DNA of 32,000 nt from Candidatus Saccharimonadota bacterium (lineage in GTDB: Bacteria; Patescibacteriota; Gracilibacteria; Absconditabacterales; Absconditicoccaceae). Both the position numbers and the translations under genes were made by a program. Each line of letters opens with the position of its first letter. Within the stretch, counting starts at the first letter, position 1. Under the pieces are notes generated by a model. The model saw only the letters and a list, made by a program, of their open reading frames with translations, had not been told where the DNA came from and did not search any database. The stretch spans positions 210,001-242,000 of the forward strand of contig JAUIDC010000001.1 of NCBI GenBank assembly GCA_030429145.1. The letters run 5' to 3'. This document shows positions 10,532 to 20,893 of this stretch, piece by piece.

Positions 10532-11953
10532 ATGAGAACACACATCAAGACGCACTCACATCTACGAAAGAAAGTTGCCATTGTAGCGCTCCTTTTGACA
10601 CAAGCAACATCATTTGTGTTCAATGGAAAAGGCTTCAGTTGGTCATACCCACTCAAAGAAGTTTCTAAAAATGAGTGTAGAAAAATCCACTGGGATCAAC
10701 TTTCGGATGACTGTAAGCAACCCCTTCCAGAGATTGACAATGCAAACTACAATGCATACGTAAACAATCCTACCTATAGACTTATCTATAGTGTTCTCTG
10801 GGGTGGTACATACAATGACGGTTGGGACAACGATAAAGGCGGTCATGAAGGTGTAGACTTCGTAAGTTCTGAGGGAACTCCAGTATATTCTGTCGAAGAT
10901 GGAGTTGTTATCAAAGCAAGAGCACAAGCAGGTTACGGTAATGTAGTCGTTATCAAACACACCCTCGACAATGGAAATCCTGTCTACTCAACATACGGAC
11001 ATCTTTCAAATATTACTATCCCTGAAGGTATGTGGGTAAACGAAGGTGATATGATCGGAAGAGTTGGTCATGAAGGACTAGCATACGGAGACCATCTTCA
11101 CTTCGTTCTCAATACTACAGCTGACAACACCTACGCTTTCCGAGGTTGTCCTGATCTTTCAAGAGGTGAAATTGCCATCGGTAATCTTGGTCTTTGTAGA
11201 AACTACCTTACAGAAAGAACTGTTGATCCTATCGCATGGATCGAATCACAAGGACGTATAAACACTACCCATGGCATCCTCGCAGATACACACAATCACA
11301 GTAACGAAGCTATAACAAACTCAAATACTACAACTACCAACAACAAACCAACAGGAAGAAGAAGAATGCCTATCATTCCACTTCCCCCTGTCATCAACAA
11401 TACTTCTACAAACCCAGCAGTAAAAGAAAAAGCAGTATCAACTCCTATCAATGAAACAACTACACAAAAACCTACAAACAATACTACCAACAACACATCA
11501 AATACTACTACCACAACCACAACACGTAGATCACTCCCTTCAACAACACAAAATACTACTGCATTCGCATCGGTAGATAGTCAAAAGAAATCGACTGGTC
11601 CTGCAACGATAGAAGTGAACAACTCTACTAAACTCGGAGAAGACTTCCTCACAAAATATAATGTAGATATTGATACGTCTTTTGGTAACAGTATGACGGT
11701 AGGTCAAACAAGTAGCCTTGTTGTTACTGTCACTGATAAGAATACAGGAGCTCCATATGTAGGCATGCTTCCAAAAGAGATTACTATCATCCCTTCTGAA
11801 GCACTCTTTACACTCTCTCCTCAGGTAATCAGATTGACTAACAGCGAAGGTAAAGCACTTGTACTCATGAGTGCAAACAGAGCTGGAACAAGCGACCTTG
11901 TTATCTTCTACAATATGAAATCATTTGCTAAGATAGCTGTTAGCGTAAAATAA
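10532..11953 (+). CDS. secreted M23 (LytM-type) peptidoglycan endopeptidase with Thr/Asn-rich linker and C-terminal Ig-like domain
   Basis: The N-terminus is hydrophobic. The zinc-site motifs are GGHEGVDF and GDHLHF. A low-complexity T/N/P linker spans about 11290-11560. The C-terminal domain is beta-rich (TVTDKNTGAPYVG...). There is no in-frame TGA. The ATG at 10532 is preferred over the TTG at 10520. Confidence 0.85.
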   Translation: MRTHIKTHSHLRKKVAIVALLLTQATSFVFNGKGFSWSYPLKEVSKNECRKIHWDQLSDDCKQPLPEIDNANYNAYVNNPTYRLIYSVLWGGTYNDGWDNDKGGHEGVDFVSSEGTPVYSVEDGVVIKARAQAGYGNVVVIKHTLDNGNPVYSTYGHLSNITIPEGMWVNEGDMIGRVGHEGLAYGDHLHFVLNTTADNTYAFRGCPDLSRGEIAIGNLGLCRNYLTERTVDPIAWIESQGRINTTHGILADTHNHSNEAITNSNTTTTNNKPTGRRRMPIIPLPPVINNTSTNPAVKEKAVSTPINETTTQKPTNNTTNNTSNTTTTTTTRRSLPSTTQNTTAFASVDSQKKSTGPATIEVNNSTKLGEDFLTKYNVDIDTSFGNSMTVGQTSSLVVTVTDKNTGAPYVGMLPKEITIIPSEALFTLSPQVIRLTNSEGKALVLMSANRAGTSDLVIFYNMKSFAKIAVSVK

Positions 11954-11972
11954 TCATATGTTTCTTTATGCA

Positions 11973-12002
11973 AAAAGATGACCCGCTTGGGTCATCTTTT
12001 TT
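11973..12002. terminator. bidirectional rho-independent terminator
   Basis: AAAAGATGACCC-GCTT-GGGTCATCTTTT is a perfect 12-bp stem flanked by an A-run and a T-run. It sits between convergent genes ending at 11953 (+) and 12013 (-). Confidence 0.75.
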
Positions 12003-12012
12003 ATGTAATAAT

Positions 12013-13683
12013 TTAGTTCTTTCTTCCTAGTACATTGAGTTTATAGAGACCGAAGAACAGCCCTGAGATGAGCAGCATGAAGAAGAGATTTTGCATCGGT
12101 CACACTTTCACTTTGTTCGTATCACCGATTTGAAGGGCATTACCGTCACTACACATAGCAACGACCGCATAGTATGCATATGTATCCTGCTCCGCCATTG
12201 GATCAAATGGATATTCAAATCTTGTCTCTGAAGTTTCACCAACTTTTTGCATACCGATGATACCATTTCCTTCTGGCACTGGCACGTCAGAGCGGTAGAC
12301 GATATATCTATCAGCACCCTCTATCTTATCCCATGTAAGATAGTATTTGTCTGCGATTTTTCTCGTAATAACGACAAGACCTTCAACCTTACACACAGGA
12401 GCAGATCACTTCCCTGGTTCAATGAGGATAACATCAGAAGGCTCTCCAATAAGGCTACCATTTTGATCTACTGGACTCACCTGCACATAGTACGACTTCG
12501 TTAGATCCATGCCAACTCCTGTATAGACTGCACCACTGACAACGTCCCCCGTCATCAGACTCAAAGACTCTTTTGTCTCTCCATATTTCACGAGAAAATA
12601 TGGCACCTCTCCTTGCGCATAGCTACCAAGGTAGGTCCAAGAGAGTTGCAGCTTTGACTTGTCTACACTATCGACAAAATATTTTATCTGCTGTACCGAC
12701 TTTGTGTCTACCACATTGAGTGTCGCAATATTGTTATAGGTCTTCGTTGTTCCCTCAGAAACCATAGACGCATTCACAACAAATGTTCCTGCTTTATCCA
12801 TAAGATACTCTTTCTTCCAGATAGCACCATCTACATTATCGAGTGGTACCTTTCGCGAAGCAGATCCATCCTCTGGGACAACGGTCAACTCTACAGCATT
12901 TGCACCATTTGCCGTAAATGCAAATGTCACTTTCTGTCACTGCTTTACCGTCGTTCCAGGAAGCACCTCAAAGTCTTGCATACCTGCTTCCGCTGATGGC
13001 TGATAAGTAAATGTCACCTGAGATGAGATGGCAACCTCATTTCCATCAATATCTACGATCTTTACCTGCAGTGTATTCTCTCCTGCCTCAAGATTGGTCA
13101 CATAGACGTTGAAATCACCATTTGAAGAGGTGATATCCTGTTTTGCTCTGATACCATTGATATAGATCTCCAACGGAGAATTTCTCAGCGAACTATTACC
13201 GACGACATTGATAGTTTGATTGGTCTCTGTACTTCCCTGTGATGGAGAAGAGACAGTAACCGTCCCTAGTGCTGAGCTCTGCCCTGCTCCGTTTACTACA
13301 AGTGTTGTTTCTCCTCTGATCGTATCATTGATGATCTCACTTACTTTGATAGTAAACGTCCCTGATTTTTTCACAACGAGTCCTTTCGAAAAAGTTTTCA
13401 CTCACTGATCACTCGCGACGAACGTATAGATACCATCAGATGGTAGCGTATAGTCCTGAGAGTCTATCGGAGAGTTTGTTGCAACTAAGTCGATGAAAAT
13501 ATCTCATGCGTAGTCTTTGACGACATTACCATTTGCATCGATGGCTCTTACTGTCAGATCCAATGCTTCATTGACATTGACGGTTGTTGGCGACACTTGT
13601 ACAACGAATGAAGAAACATCAGCAGCAGCTGTTGCTGAAAATACGGCAGTCAGTCCTATCAAAAAAGCTATCGCCTTTTTCAT
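12013..13683 (-). CDS. secreted surface protein with tandem Ig-like/FN3-like domains and C-terminal TM anchor
   Basis: The signal peptide is MKKAIAFLIGLTAVFSATAAA. Ig-like repeats include RAIDANGNVVKDYA-G-DIF. An FN3-like segment reads YYLTWDKIEGADRYIVYRS. The C-terminal hydrophobic anchor is MQNLFFMLLISGLFFGLY. Four track ORFs join across 5 TGA codons (13503-13505, 13404-13406, 12937-12939, 12406-12408, 12100-12102). TAA is at 12013-12015. Confidence 0.7.
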
Positions 13684-13720
13684 GAAATCATAAGAAGAAG
13701 TAAATTATACTACACTACTT

Positions 13721-14203
13721 TTACTGTTTTTTTATAGCAAGTCCATCAATATTTCAACCCTCAAATAGCACTGTGGCATCGGTGAGAGTTATATCCTCTG
13801 CACTACCCTTAAACGAGATGAGCGCAAGCTGTTCATCTGCCTGAAGAGGCTCCTCAAAAAAGAGCGTCACATGCATCTGTCCTTCTTCTCCTGAAGAAGA
13901 AGTGTAGTCGTATCTCGTTTCTATTGCTTGCTCTTCAACCTCAACGGTTTCTGGATTGTAAACAACCATGAAGCTGAGAGAATTTGCTCATTCAAATGTT
14001 TTTTCAGCTCTCACTGTCAATGTGTTTGCTTCGCTCTCGTAACTAATGTCTCCACGTACAGCAGAAACAGCACTGCCCTGCAGTATATCTGCACTAAGCA
14101 AGCCTGATTGGTTGATACCTACTGACACTGCAGCCACTAGGATCATGGCAACACCGATTGCCACTATATGTTCCGATGCATGACTTCTACGAGATTTTCT
14201 CAT
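13721..14203 (-). CDS. hypothetical N-terminally membrane-anchored protein, probably co-transcribed with the surface protein
   Basis: It starts MRKSRRSHASEHIVAIGVAMILVAAVSVG (TM), followed by a beta-rich ectodomain. Two track ORFs join at the TGA at 13988, and a second TGA lies near the end. TAA is at 13721-13723. Confidence 0.5.
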
Positions 14204-14306
14204 GTCTAGCTGAGCCGAATTGTTAGGTAAACACAGGCAAAAGTATACTTTCCCTTGGTATATGCAATAGTTATGATAGCATTTTTATTGTTATTTTGTT
14301 TTTTTA

Positions 14307-15392
14307 TTATTTAAGATATTTACTTATGTTGTCATTGTGTCATTGTAATGTTTCTGCGTAGCGAATCACACCATTGTTATCATGGAGATAGTAGAAGTAG
14401 TTTGTCTTCTCAAACTCAAGCACCGCTCTCATGCTCTCCACCGACGGATTTGCAATAGGTGTCGGAGGCAGTCATCTGTGCACTCTTGTATTGTAGGCAT
14501 TGTCTGCGTCTTTGATGTATCTTCCAATGATCGCTGGCGTACAAGTCTCATATGGCTCATGTAGTCCGTAGCAAAGTGTGATATCTGCTCAGAGCAACGT
14601 CCCCTGCTCCAAGCGGTTGAAAAATATCCCTGCGACTGTCGGTTTATTCTGAATGTTTCTCTCCTCCTTCTCTATCACTGATGCCAAACGCAGGATATTC
14701 CACAGATCCATCGTATAACTTATAGTAATTCATTTCGCTTGGAGCAGCGATGGGAACGACGTGATAGCTGATGCGTATGGCTGATAGACTTTTTCATCAA
14801 AGGCCTTCAGCTGCAATCTTACAAGCTGAGACAGCACATCTTTACTTGGGTCAATGAAATACGTATCTGGATAGAGCCACCCCTCAAGCGATGGAAAATC
14901 ATGTCTTTGATAGGCATCAGCAATATACCCATATCACGCAGCAGCTCTTTGTATAACTTCACCTGATGAGACATAAGTAACGTACTGCCCCTCGTCTATA
15001 AAGTTTTTTTCTGTCAGCGACTTATCAACATCATAGATCGATCGTCACTCTAAAACAGTAAAACGAACATACTCAGAAATCGGCCCCGCCTCTATCACAT
15101 CCACAAACTCCTCTGGCGAATAACTTCCACTAAACTGATACGTACCAAGCTGTATACTTCCTAGATCTACATCGTTCGTTTTAATATACGCTTTCAGTTT
15201 CATCTTCTCACGTCACTGCAAATCAGCGAGAAACACATTAATCGTATCTCATTTCGTCACCACCACCGTCTTTGTCAGCGAAATAGGCCTCGTCAATGCA
15301 ATACCCACTCGGACAACAACAATGAGCAACAACAAGACGACCCAGCGTCATCGACGTGGTCATTTCTTTCTCGTAAAAGTGTGTCTTTCCAT
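14307..15392 (-). CDS. mltG: endolytic murein transglycosylase MltG (YceG-like)
   Basis: The N-terminal TM is MERHTFTRKKGPRRGRWVVLLLLIVVV. Family motifs are LASVIEKEERN, AGIFFNRL, YNTRVHR-G-LPPTPIANPS and YFYYLHD. The gene is largely invisible in the standard-code track because of frequent TGA. TAA is at 14307-14309. Confidence 0.85.
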
Positions 15393-15510
15393 ACTCGTTT
15401 TCAAAAATAAATCTCCTCTCCAATCTACTGTTCTTCATCAAAAAAACAATAGTTGCAAATACATTCTAAAAAAATACACATATTTATCTTTACACTCTCA
15501 TCGTGAACTC

Positions 15511-16050
15511 ATGCGCAAATGGCAACTTATATGCATCTTATTCATCATCGCAGTTGCGTTCTATTGGCGAAAGTTTCACGCACAGCCACAGCAAAACACT
15601 GGTGAGCAATCAACTATAGATAGGATACTCAACTCGACGCAAACAGGCGAAGAGCTTACAGGAGACAATGAGATCGATACCAGCTCATGAGTCGAGTGAG
15701 CACTACAGTACGCATGATGAGGAGAGTACGACGAGTATTCTGATGCAAGGCGAAACAGTGCACTCGAAAATGGCACTCGTGTTATCGTCGTCTTTGAAAG
15801 AGATGGAGACCCAACAGCTGAGGCACTGTACGAGGATATTGTCAGACGTGAAGCACGCATTCCATACAATACAGTTATATTGTTTGCAAATATTGATACA
15901 CAAAGTGCACTTGCAAATCGCATGGATGTGGATTATAGCAATACTATCGTCTATGTCGATAGATCAGGAAACGAGATCAGAAGATCAGGAAACGGAGTGA
16001 TCATGCTTTCACAGCTAGTAAGAGGTATAGATGGTCTTCTCGTGAATTAA
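15511..16050 (+). CDS. membrane-anchored thioredoxin-fold protein with degenerate active site
   Basis: It starts MRKWQLICILFIIAVAFYW (TM). It then reads ...GEYDEYSDARRNSALENGTRVIVVFERDGDPTAEAL...VILFANIDTQSALANRMDVDYSNTIVYVDRSGNEI. This matches the layout of thioredoxin-family proteins (F.A.WCPTC...D....Y.V....T.V.VD..G), but DPTA replaces CPTC. TAA is at 16048-16050. Confidence 0.55.
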
Positions 16051-16101
16051 TGAGAATACTATATCGTGAATATGCTTTTTAGTTTATAAGATATTATAAG
16101 T

Positions 16102-16485
16102 ATGTCGACGACTATGATTATTGCACAGTTACTCTTCCCTTTGTTTGCACTTGTGACGCTTTCAGTGCTGATCAATCCAAAGCGATATAAGCAGATTGCT
16201 AAAGAGCTTTCCAACAGCCACGCATTGATCTACATGGCAAGTATGATCAATCTCCTCGGTGGTACAGCCATCATCTTGTATCACAATGTCTGGACACAAG
16301 ATCGAAGCACCATCATCACTATCATTGGTTGGCTTGCTGCGCTGAAGGGAACTATCTATCTGCTCTTTCCGAACAGTGTGAGCTCGATGGCAAAATGGGC
16401 AAGCAATAAAAGTACTATCTATATCATGGCTATCATCAGTATTATCATCTCGGTGATTTTGTTCTCACTGACAGGATTGAATTAA
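16102..16485 (+). CDS. hypothetical small integral membrane protein
   Basis: A 127-aa intact ORF with four hydrophobic helices and no recognised motif. Confidence 0.45.
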   Translation: MSTTMIIAQLLFPLFALVTLSVLINPKRYKQIAKELSNSHALIYMASMINLLGGTAIILYHNVWTQDRSTIITIIGWLAALKGTIYLLFPNSVSSMAKWASNKSTIYIMAIISIIISVILFSLTGLN

Positions 16486-16576
16486 AGATCATCTACAATA
16501 GTTTTGAAGAGTTCCATGTCGGAACTCTTTTTAAAATCGCTTGCTTCTTATCTCAACTTGATTACATATTCTCCTG

Positions 16577-17137
16577 ATGAAGATCACGAACAAGCGCACA
16601 TCATTTACTCTTATCGAAATGCTTATTGTCATCGTGATAATAGGTATTTTAGCTGCAGCTCTTGTACCGAGGCTGACAGCAGTACAGTGAAGGGCGAGAG
16701 ACAGTAAAAGAAAACTAGACCTCAGGGCACTCTACAATGCGAATGAAATATACCTACTGGATGTCGGACAATATGCTCACGATAGAAAGCCTTCCAATCC
16801 AGCCGCCTCACGTGACAGCACAGATACCTCACCTCGGATGCCAGAATTTAGTTGAATGATGTGAAGTATTCCTACAGACCCTCTCAATAGAAAAAATGGT
16901 TATCTCTATTCGACGGGCACATATATCTACGAGTATTCAAACCTTGTCACATGATCAAAAAATAGCTACATACTCTGAGCAAAGCTCGAAAACACTCAAG
17001 ATGTTGATAGGTGTGAGTTGAAAACATATAAGTACCGAAACCCTTGATCATCTGCTTATCTCAACGCTTACTGCTGAGCTGAAGGAAGGTATACTTACTA
17101 TTATGATCCGGCACAGCTTGCTAACGGCAAACACTAA
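16577..17137 (+). CDS. type IV pilin / GspG-like pseudopilin, paralog A
   Basis: It reads MKITNKRTS-FTLIEMLIVIVIIGILAAALVPRLTAVQ-G-RARDSKRKLDLRALYNANEIY. The C-terminal part shares PTDPLN, LENTQDVDRC...C and YYYDP..ANGKH with paralogs B-D. TAA is at 17135-17137. Confidence 0.8.
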
Positions 17138-17178
17138 GGACAAGATGAATAAAAAAAGAGGCCATAAGGTCTCTTTTT

Positions 17179-18084
17179 CTAATCTCCTGCTCCGCCTCAT
17201 CATGAGAATCCTCAGCCTCATGAAAATCAGCCCAATGATCAACCACCTCACCCTCAGAAACCTCCTCGAGGACCTCATGGGAAGAACAGAAACGCTCCTC
17301 AGAACACATATCAGAAAAACAGCGCAGCAAAGTATACGAAGATCGGAATCATCGTACCGATAGTGACTATAGCTGCAATCAGCATGAGGAGTGAAAGGAT
17401 CAATGTCGTTATAACTCCTCCGCGAGTGCGTTTTTTCCCTTTGGCATTTTTTTGTTCTTTTTTGTGAGAACGAACACTTTTACCCAAAAAATATGCAAAG
17501 ACGGCTAGTGCAAAAAGGAGGGACTCATTTCATTCGACATCTTCGAGCGGTTGCATCATCCTCCCCTCTCCCGAAGAGATGGCTTGCTGAGATCTATCAT
17601 AAAATACTCTGACTGCTCATGCAAAGTCTCCAGAGTTTACCAGAGGTCTAATATCTTCTTCAATGATCTTGTTTGCCAACACATCTGGCATCTCTGCCTC
17701 TAGTCCATACCCGACCACGATACGGATTTTCTTTTCCTCTGTTGCAATGACCAGTAGCAACCCATCATTTGTCTGCGCACTACCGATACGGTTATCATTG
17801 AAGAGCTTGAGAGAGATATCAAAAAGCTCATGTCCCTGACGATGAGGAATCAACACAGCGACAAACTGATGACCAGACACCTGCGCATAGTTATACGCGC
17901 GCTGATTGAGCTCTTTCTCCTGCGACTCATCAAGCACTCCTGCAAAGTCGGTTATGTACTGATCGATCGCTGGGAGATCCATCACATTCAATCACTCGAT
18001 ATTTCCTGTTTGTGCGAAAACGACGCTTCCCGATAAAAAGAGCGTCGTCACAGCAGTTACAAAAGCTAGTAGTCTACGTGTCAT
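17179..18084 (-). CDS. TPM-domain (YgcG-like) protein with TM segment and Gly-rich tail
   Basis: The signal peptide is MTRRLLAFVTAVTTLFLSGSVVFA. The TPM domain reads ITDFAGVLD...LLLVIATEEKKIRIVVGYGLE. After a TM segment the tail is GGFGGGGGGSLGGFSGGGGFSGGGGAGD, largely encoded by TGA. TAG is at 17179-17181. It lies downstream of lemA, the usual pairing. Confidence 0.8.
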
Positions 18085-18105
18085 ATAAGTCTATCCAATG
18101 AATAA

Positions 18106-18714
18106 TTAATTATTAAGCATCTCATCTACATCTGGCACCTCTTTTATCTCCTTGTCCGCTGGCGGAGTGATACGATCTTTCTGCTCAAATCCAAATAGTC
18201 CTGAGAGCAATTTACCCCAAGGAAAACTTCTTACTTTGAGATTGTATGATGCAATCATATCGTTGTAGTTCATGATCTCTGTACGGATGCGATTTTCTGA
18301 TCCTTCAAGCGTCACGAATAAGTTAGTAAACTGCTCATTTGCCTTAAGTTCAGGATAAGCTTCCACAGCAACTCTCAAACCTCCAAGCGTTGAAGCGAGA
18401 AGAGATGAAAACTCTGCTGATGTATAGTTACCATTTTCTACCATCTGGTCAAGTTGTTGCAGATTTTGGCTCTGTGTACGAAGGGCTGTGATATTCTCAA
18501 GCGTTGATCCTTCATACTCAACATAGTTTTTTACGACAGCCGCTACCTGTGGCACAAGGTCAACACGTCTCTCATAGACATTTTCTACCTGCGCTTGTTG
18601 CGAGTTAATTTGTTCATCCATTGAAACCATGTTGTTGTAGAAACCCTTAATAGCTCCATAAAGCCCAAGAAGAATGACAACAACTATAAGAATAATCCAA
18701 GTACTTTTTTTCAT
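18106..18714 (-). CDS. lemA: LemA family protein
   Basis: An N-terminal TM is followed by QAQVENVYERRVDLVPQVAAVVKNYVEYEGSTLENITALR, the characteristic LemA core. The 202-aa ORF is intact. Confidence 0.85.
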   Translation of the reverse strand: MKKSTWIILIVVVILLGLYGAIKGFYNNMVSMDEQINSQQAQVENVYERRVDLVPQVAAVVKNYVEYEGSTLENITALRTQSQNLQQLDQMVENGNYTSAEFSSLLASTLGGLRVAVEAYPELKANEQFTNLFVTLEGSENRIRTEIMNYNDMIASYNLKVRSFPWGKLLSGLFGFEQKDRITPPADKEIKEVPDVDEMLNN

Positions 18715-18764
18715 GTTATATAAACATACAAATAAAATGCATACTATATTATATGATTGTGCTA

Positions 18765-19577
18765 TTATTTTTTGTCTACCACTATTCCCTTATTTTTCAC
18801 ATTTCTTGTCTCCCATTTAATTTTGATAAGTTGCCAGTTCTGTATGAGATATTGGATGATTGTAAAGACTGTCGTCGTGACAAGATAGATACCTACACCA
18901 CTCGGTGTACCGTAGATAAATGAACCCATCATAAATGCCATGAAGATGTTCATAAATCCCATCATCTTTGTCATGTCTGGCATCTTTTGCCCACCAGGTC
19001 AAAGCTTCGGTGCCGCAGCTTTATTTTGATTGAGCGCGATGAGTTTAGACTGCACATAGATAAGGATCGCACCGACAATTGTTAGTCCCCAGTTTTGCCC
19101 AGTAAGAAGGTCTATCCCAAAGAACCAATGGTTGATAGCATCAGTACTCAGATACTGTGATGCGAATGGTGCTACGAATGAGTAGATATCTGCTGGGTCG
19201 AGAACATCTGCTCCTGCAAATGCGCGGATCACATAGAGAAGCCCGAAGAATACAGGTATCTGTACAAGTATCCCCATACATCCTTTGAGTGGCCCAAGGC
19301 CATCAGACTTCATCACCTTCATCGTCTCCTGTGAAAGCCTCTGTGGATCATCTGCATATTTCTCTTGGACCTCTTTAAGCTTCTCCTGCATGTTCCCCAT
19401 ACCCTTCTGCATTTGGGTTTGGTTAGAGCTTACTTTCCATAAGAGCGCTCTAATAAGTAGTGTGAGTACAACAATAGCCCGACCGAGATGCCCGCCAAAA
19501 AGCGCAAGTAGCATAACCAGTATATTAAATATCGGACGATATATAAGTTCAACAGCGATAAGTTTTATTGGATTCAT
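18765..19577 (-). CDS. yidC: membrane protein insertase YidC/Oxa1 (short form)
   Basis: It reads LTLLIRALLWKVS...MQEKLKEVQEKYADDPQRLSQETMKVMK...GCMGILVQIPVFFGLLY. Two track ORFs join at the TGA at 18999. The ATG at 19575-19577 is preferred over the TTG at 19580. Confidence 0.85.
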
Positions 19578-19692
19578 CAAAACATGTTACAATTAAAGTA
19601 TATCATATATACATATCTAAAAACGAATTACAAGCAAGGCGAAACGCACTTTTTCAGTTGTATTCCCAAAAAAAATCTCTATCTATAACGTA

Positions 19693-20223
19693 ATGAAGAA
19701 AAAAACGAATAGAACATTTACGTTGATAGAGATGCTAATAGTCATTGTGATTATTGGTATTTTAGCTGCAGCTCTAGTTCCAAGATTAACCTCAATTCAA
19801 AGTAGAGCAAGAGACAGCAAAAGAAAGATTGACCTCAAAGCTATCTACAATGCAAATGAAATTCATAAGCTCGACTATGGCTACTACGCAGCGTCGGGTT
19901 CATACGTACAAAGTAGTGCAGCACAACCTCGAATGTCATGACTTACTGGATACTTAAGTAGTCTCCCAGTAGACCCAATAAATGACTATATTTCCGCCTC
20001 TCCTCTTGCTACAGGAACATATTTGTATACATATATCAGTCTGTATGGAGAAGGTTACTACTCATTAAGTGCAATGTTGGAAAACACAAAAGACCCTGAA
20101 AGATGCTGAGTTAAAACATATGTCTATAGCTCAAATCTCATACCAAGATGTTGAGCAGGCCATCTTGGAACAAGCCAACTCTACTATTACGATCCACCAA
20201 ATATGTTAGCAGGGAAGCATTAG
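19693..20223 (+). CDS. type IV pilin / GspG-like pseudopilin, paralog B
   Basis: It reads MKKKTNRT-FTLIEMLIVIVIIGILAAALVPRLTSIQSRARDSKRKIDLKAIYNANEIHKLDYGYYA...PVDPIN...LENTKDPERC-G-VKTY...RC-G-AGHLG...YYYDPPNMLAGKH. TAG is at 20221-20223. Confidence 0.85.
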
Positions 20224-20291
20224 GCCACTTGAAATTGCTATAATAATTACTTATATAAACAGTATCCTTTCAGCAATCAATTCAGTCTTAC

Positions 20292-20822
20292 ATGCAGAGA
20301 CAAATAAAAGCTTTCACACTGATCGAAATGCTGATAGTCATCGTGATTATCGGTATTTTGGCTGCGGCTTTAGTTCCAAGGCTTACTTCTATACAAGAAA
20401 GAGCCAGAGATACAAAGCGCAAGACAGACCTCAAGACAATATACAATGCAAATGAGATTCATAAGCTCGACTATGGCTACTACGCAAACTCTGGAGCATT
20501 CATCTATAGTAGTACCGTAAGTACATGGATGACTGGACTTGCTGGAACATATCTCACGAGTGTACCAGTAGATCCGATCAATATCACTCTTGCCTGATTT
20601 TCAACGTGAGCATACAACTATAAATATCGAAATACTTATGGCGAAGGATACTACTCTCTCATGGCTATGCTAGAAAACCAGAAAGATCCTGACAGATGTG
20701 GAGTAAAATCATATCTCTACTGGCCTGGTAGTTATCAAGTCAGATGTGGTGCTGGGCATCTATGACAAAGTCAGCTCTATCTCTATGACCCCAACAATAT
20801 CATTAACGGTAAGCACAATTAA
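20292..20822 (+). CDS. type IV pilin / GspG-like pseudopilin, paralog C
   Basis: It reads MQRQIKA-FTLIEMLIVIVIIGILAAALVPRLTSIQERARDTKRKTDLKTIYNANEIHKLDYGYYA...PVDPIN...LENQKDPDRCGVKSY...RCGAGHL-G-QSQLYLYDPNNIINGKHN. TAA is at 20820-20822. Confidence 0.85.
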
Positions 20823-20850
20823 GCCACCGTTGACTTATTTTATTTTCATA

Positions 20851-20879
20851 AAAAACACATTGCAAGAGTGTGTTTTTTG
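20851..20879 (+). terminator. rho-independent terminator after pilin C
   Basis: AAAAACACAT-tgcaaga-GTGTGTTTTTT forms a 6-bp core stem extended by A/T-run pairing, with a T-run at 20873-20878. Confidence 0.55.
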
Positions 20880-20887
20880 TTTATAAT
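20860..20887 (+). promoter_or_regulatory. sigma-70-type promoter driving the RT leader/ncRNA
   Basis: TTGCAA (20860-20865), a 16-nt spacer, then TATAAT (20882-20887). It overlaps the pilin C terminator and predicts a TSS near 20894, about 310 nt before the RT ATG. Confidence 0.45.
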
Positions 20888-20893
20888 CTGTTT

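Noticed and set aside
11290-11560. A repetitive-looking ACA/ACT/AAC-rich stretch that might be a tandem repeat or array.
   Set aside because: It is in frame within the M23 peptidase gene and encodes a Thr/Asn/Pro-rich linker. It has no regular repeat unit or spacer structure and is not CRISPR-like.
15238-15441. A 67-aa minus-strand ORF (MMKNSRLERRF...) at the 5' end of the mltG region.
   Set aside because: It lies in an alternative frame overlapping the MltG N-terminus. The MltG frame gives a sensible basic-then-TM start (MERHTFTRKKGPRRGRWVVLLLLIVVV) contiguous with the conserved domain.
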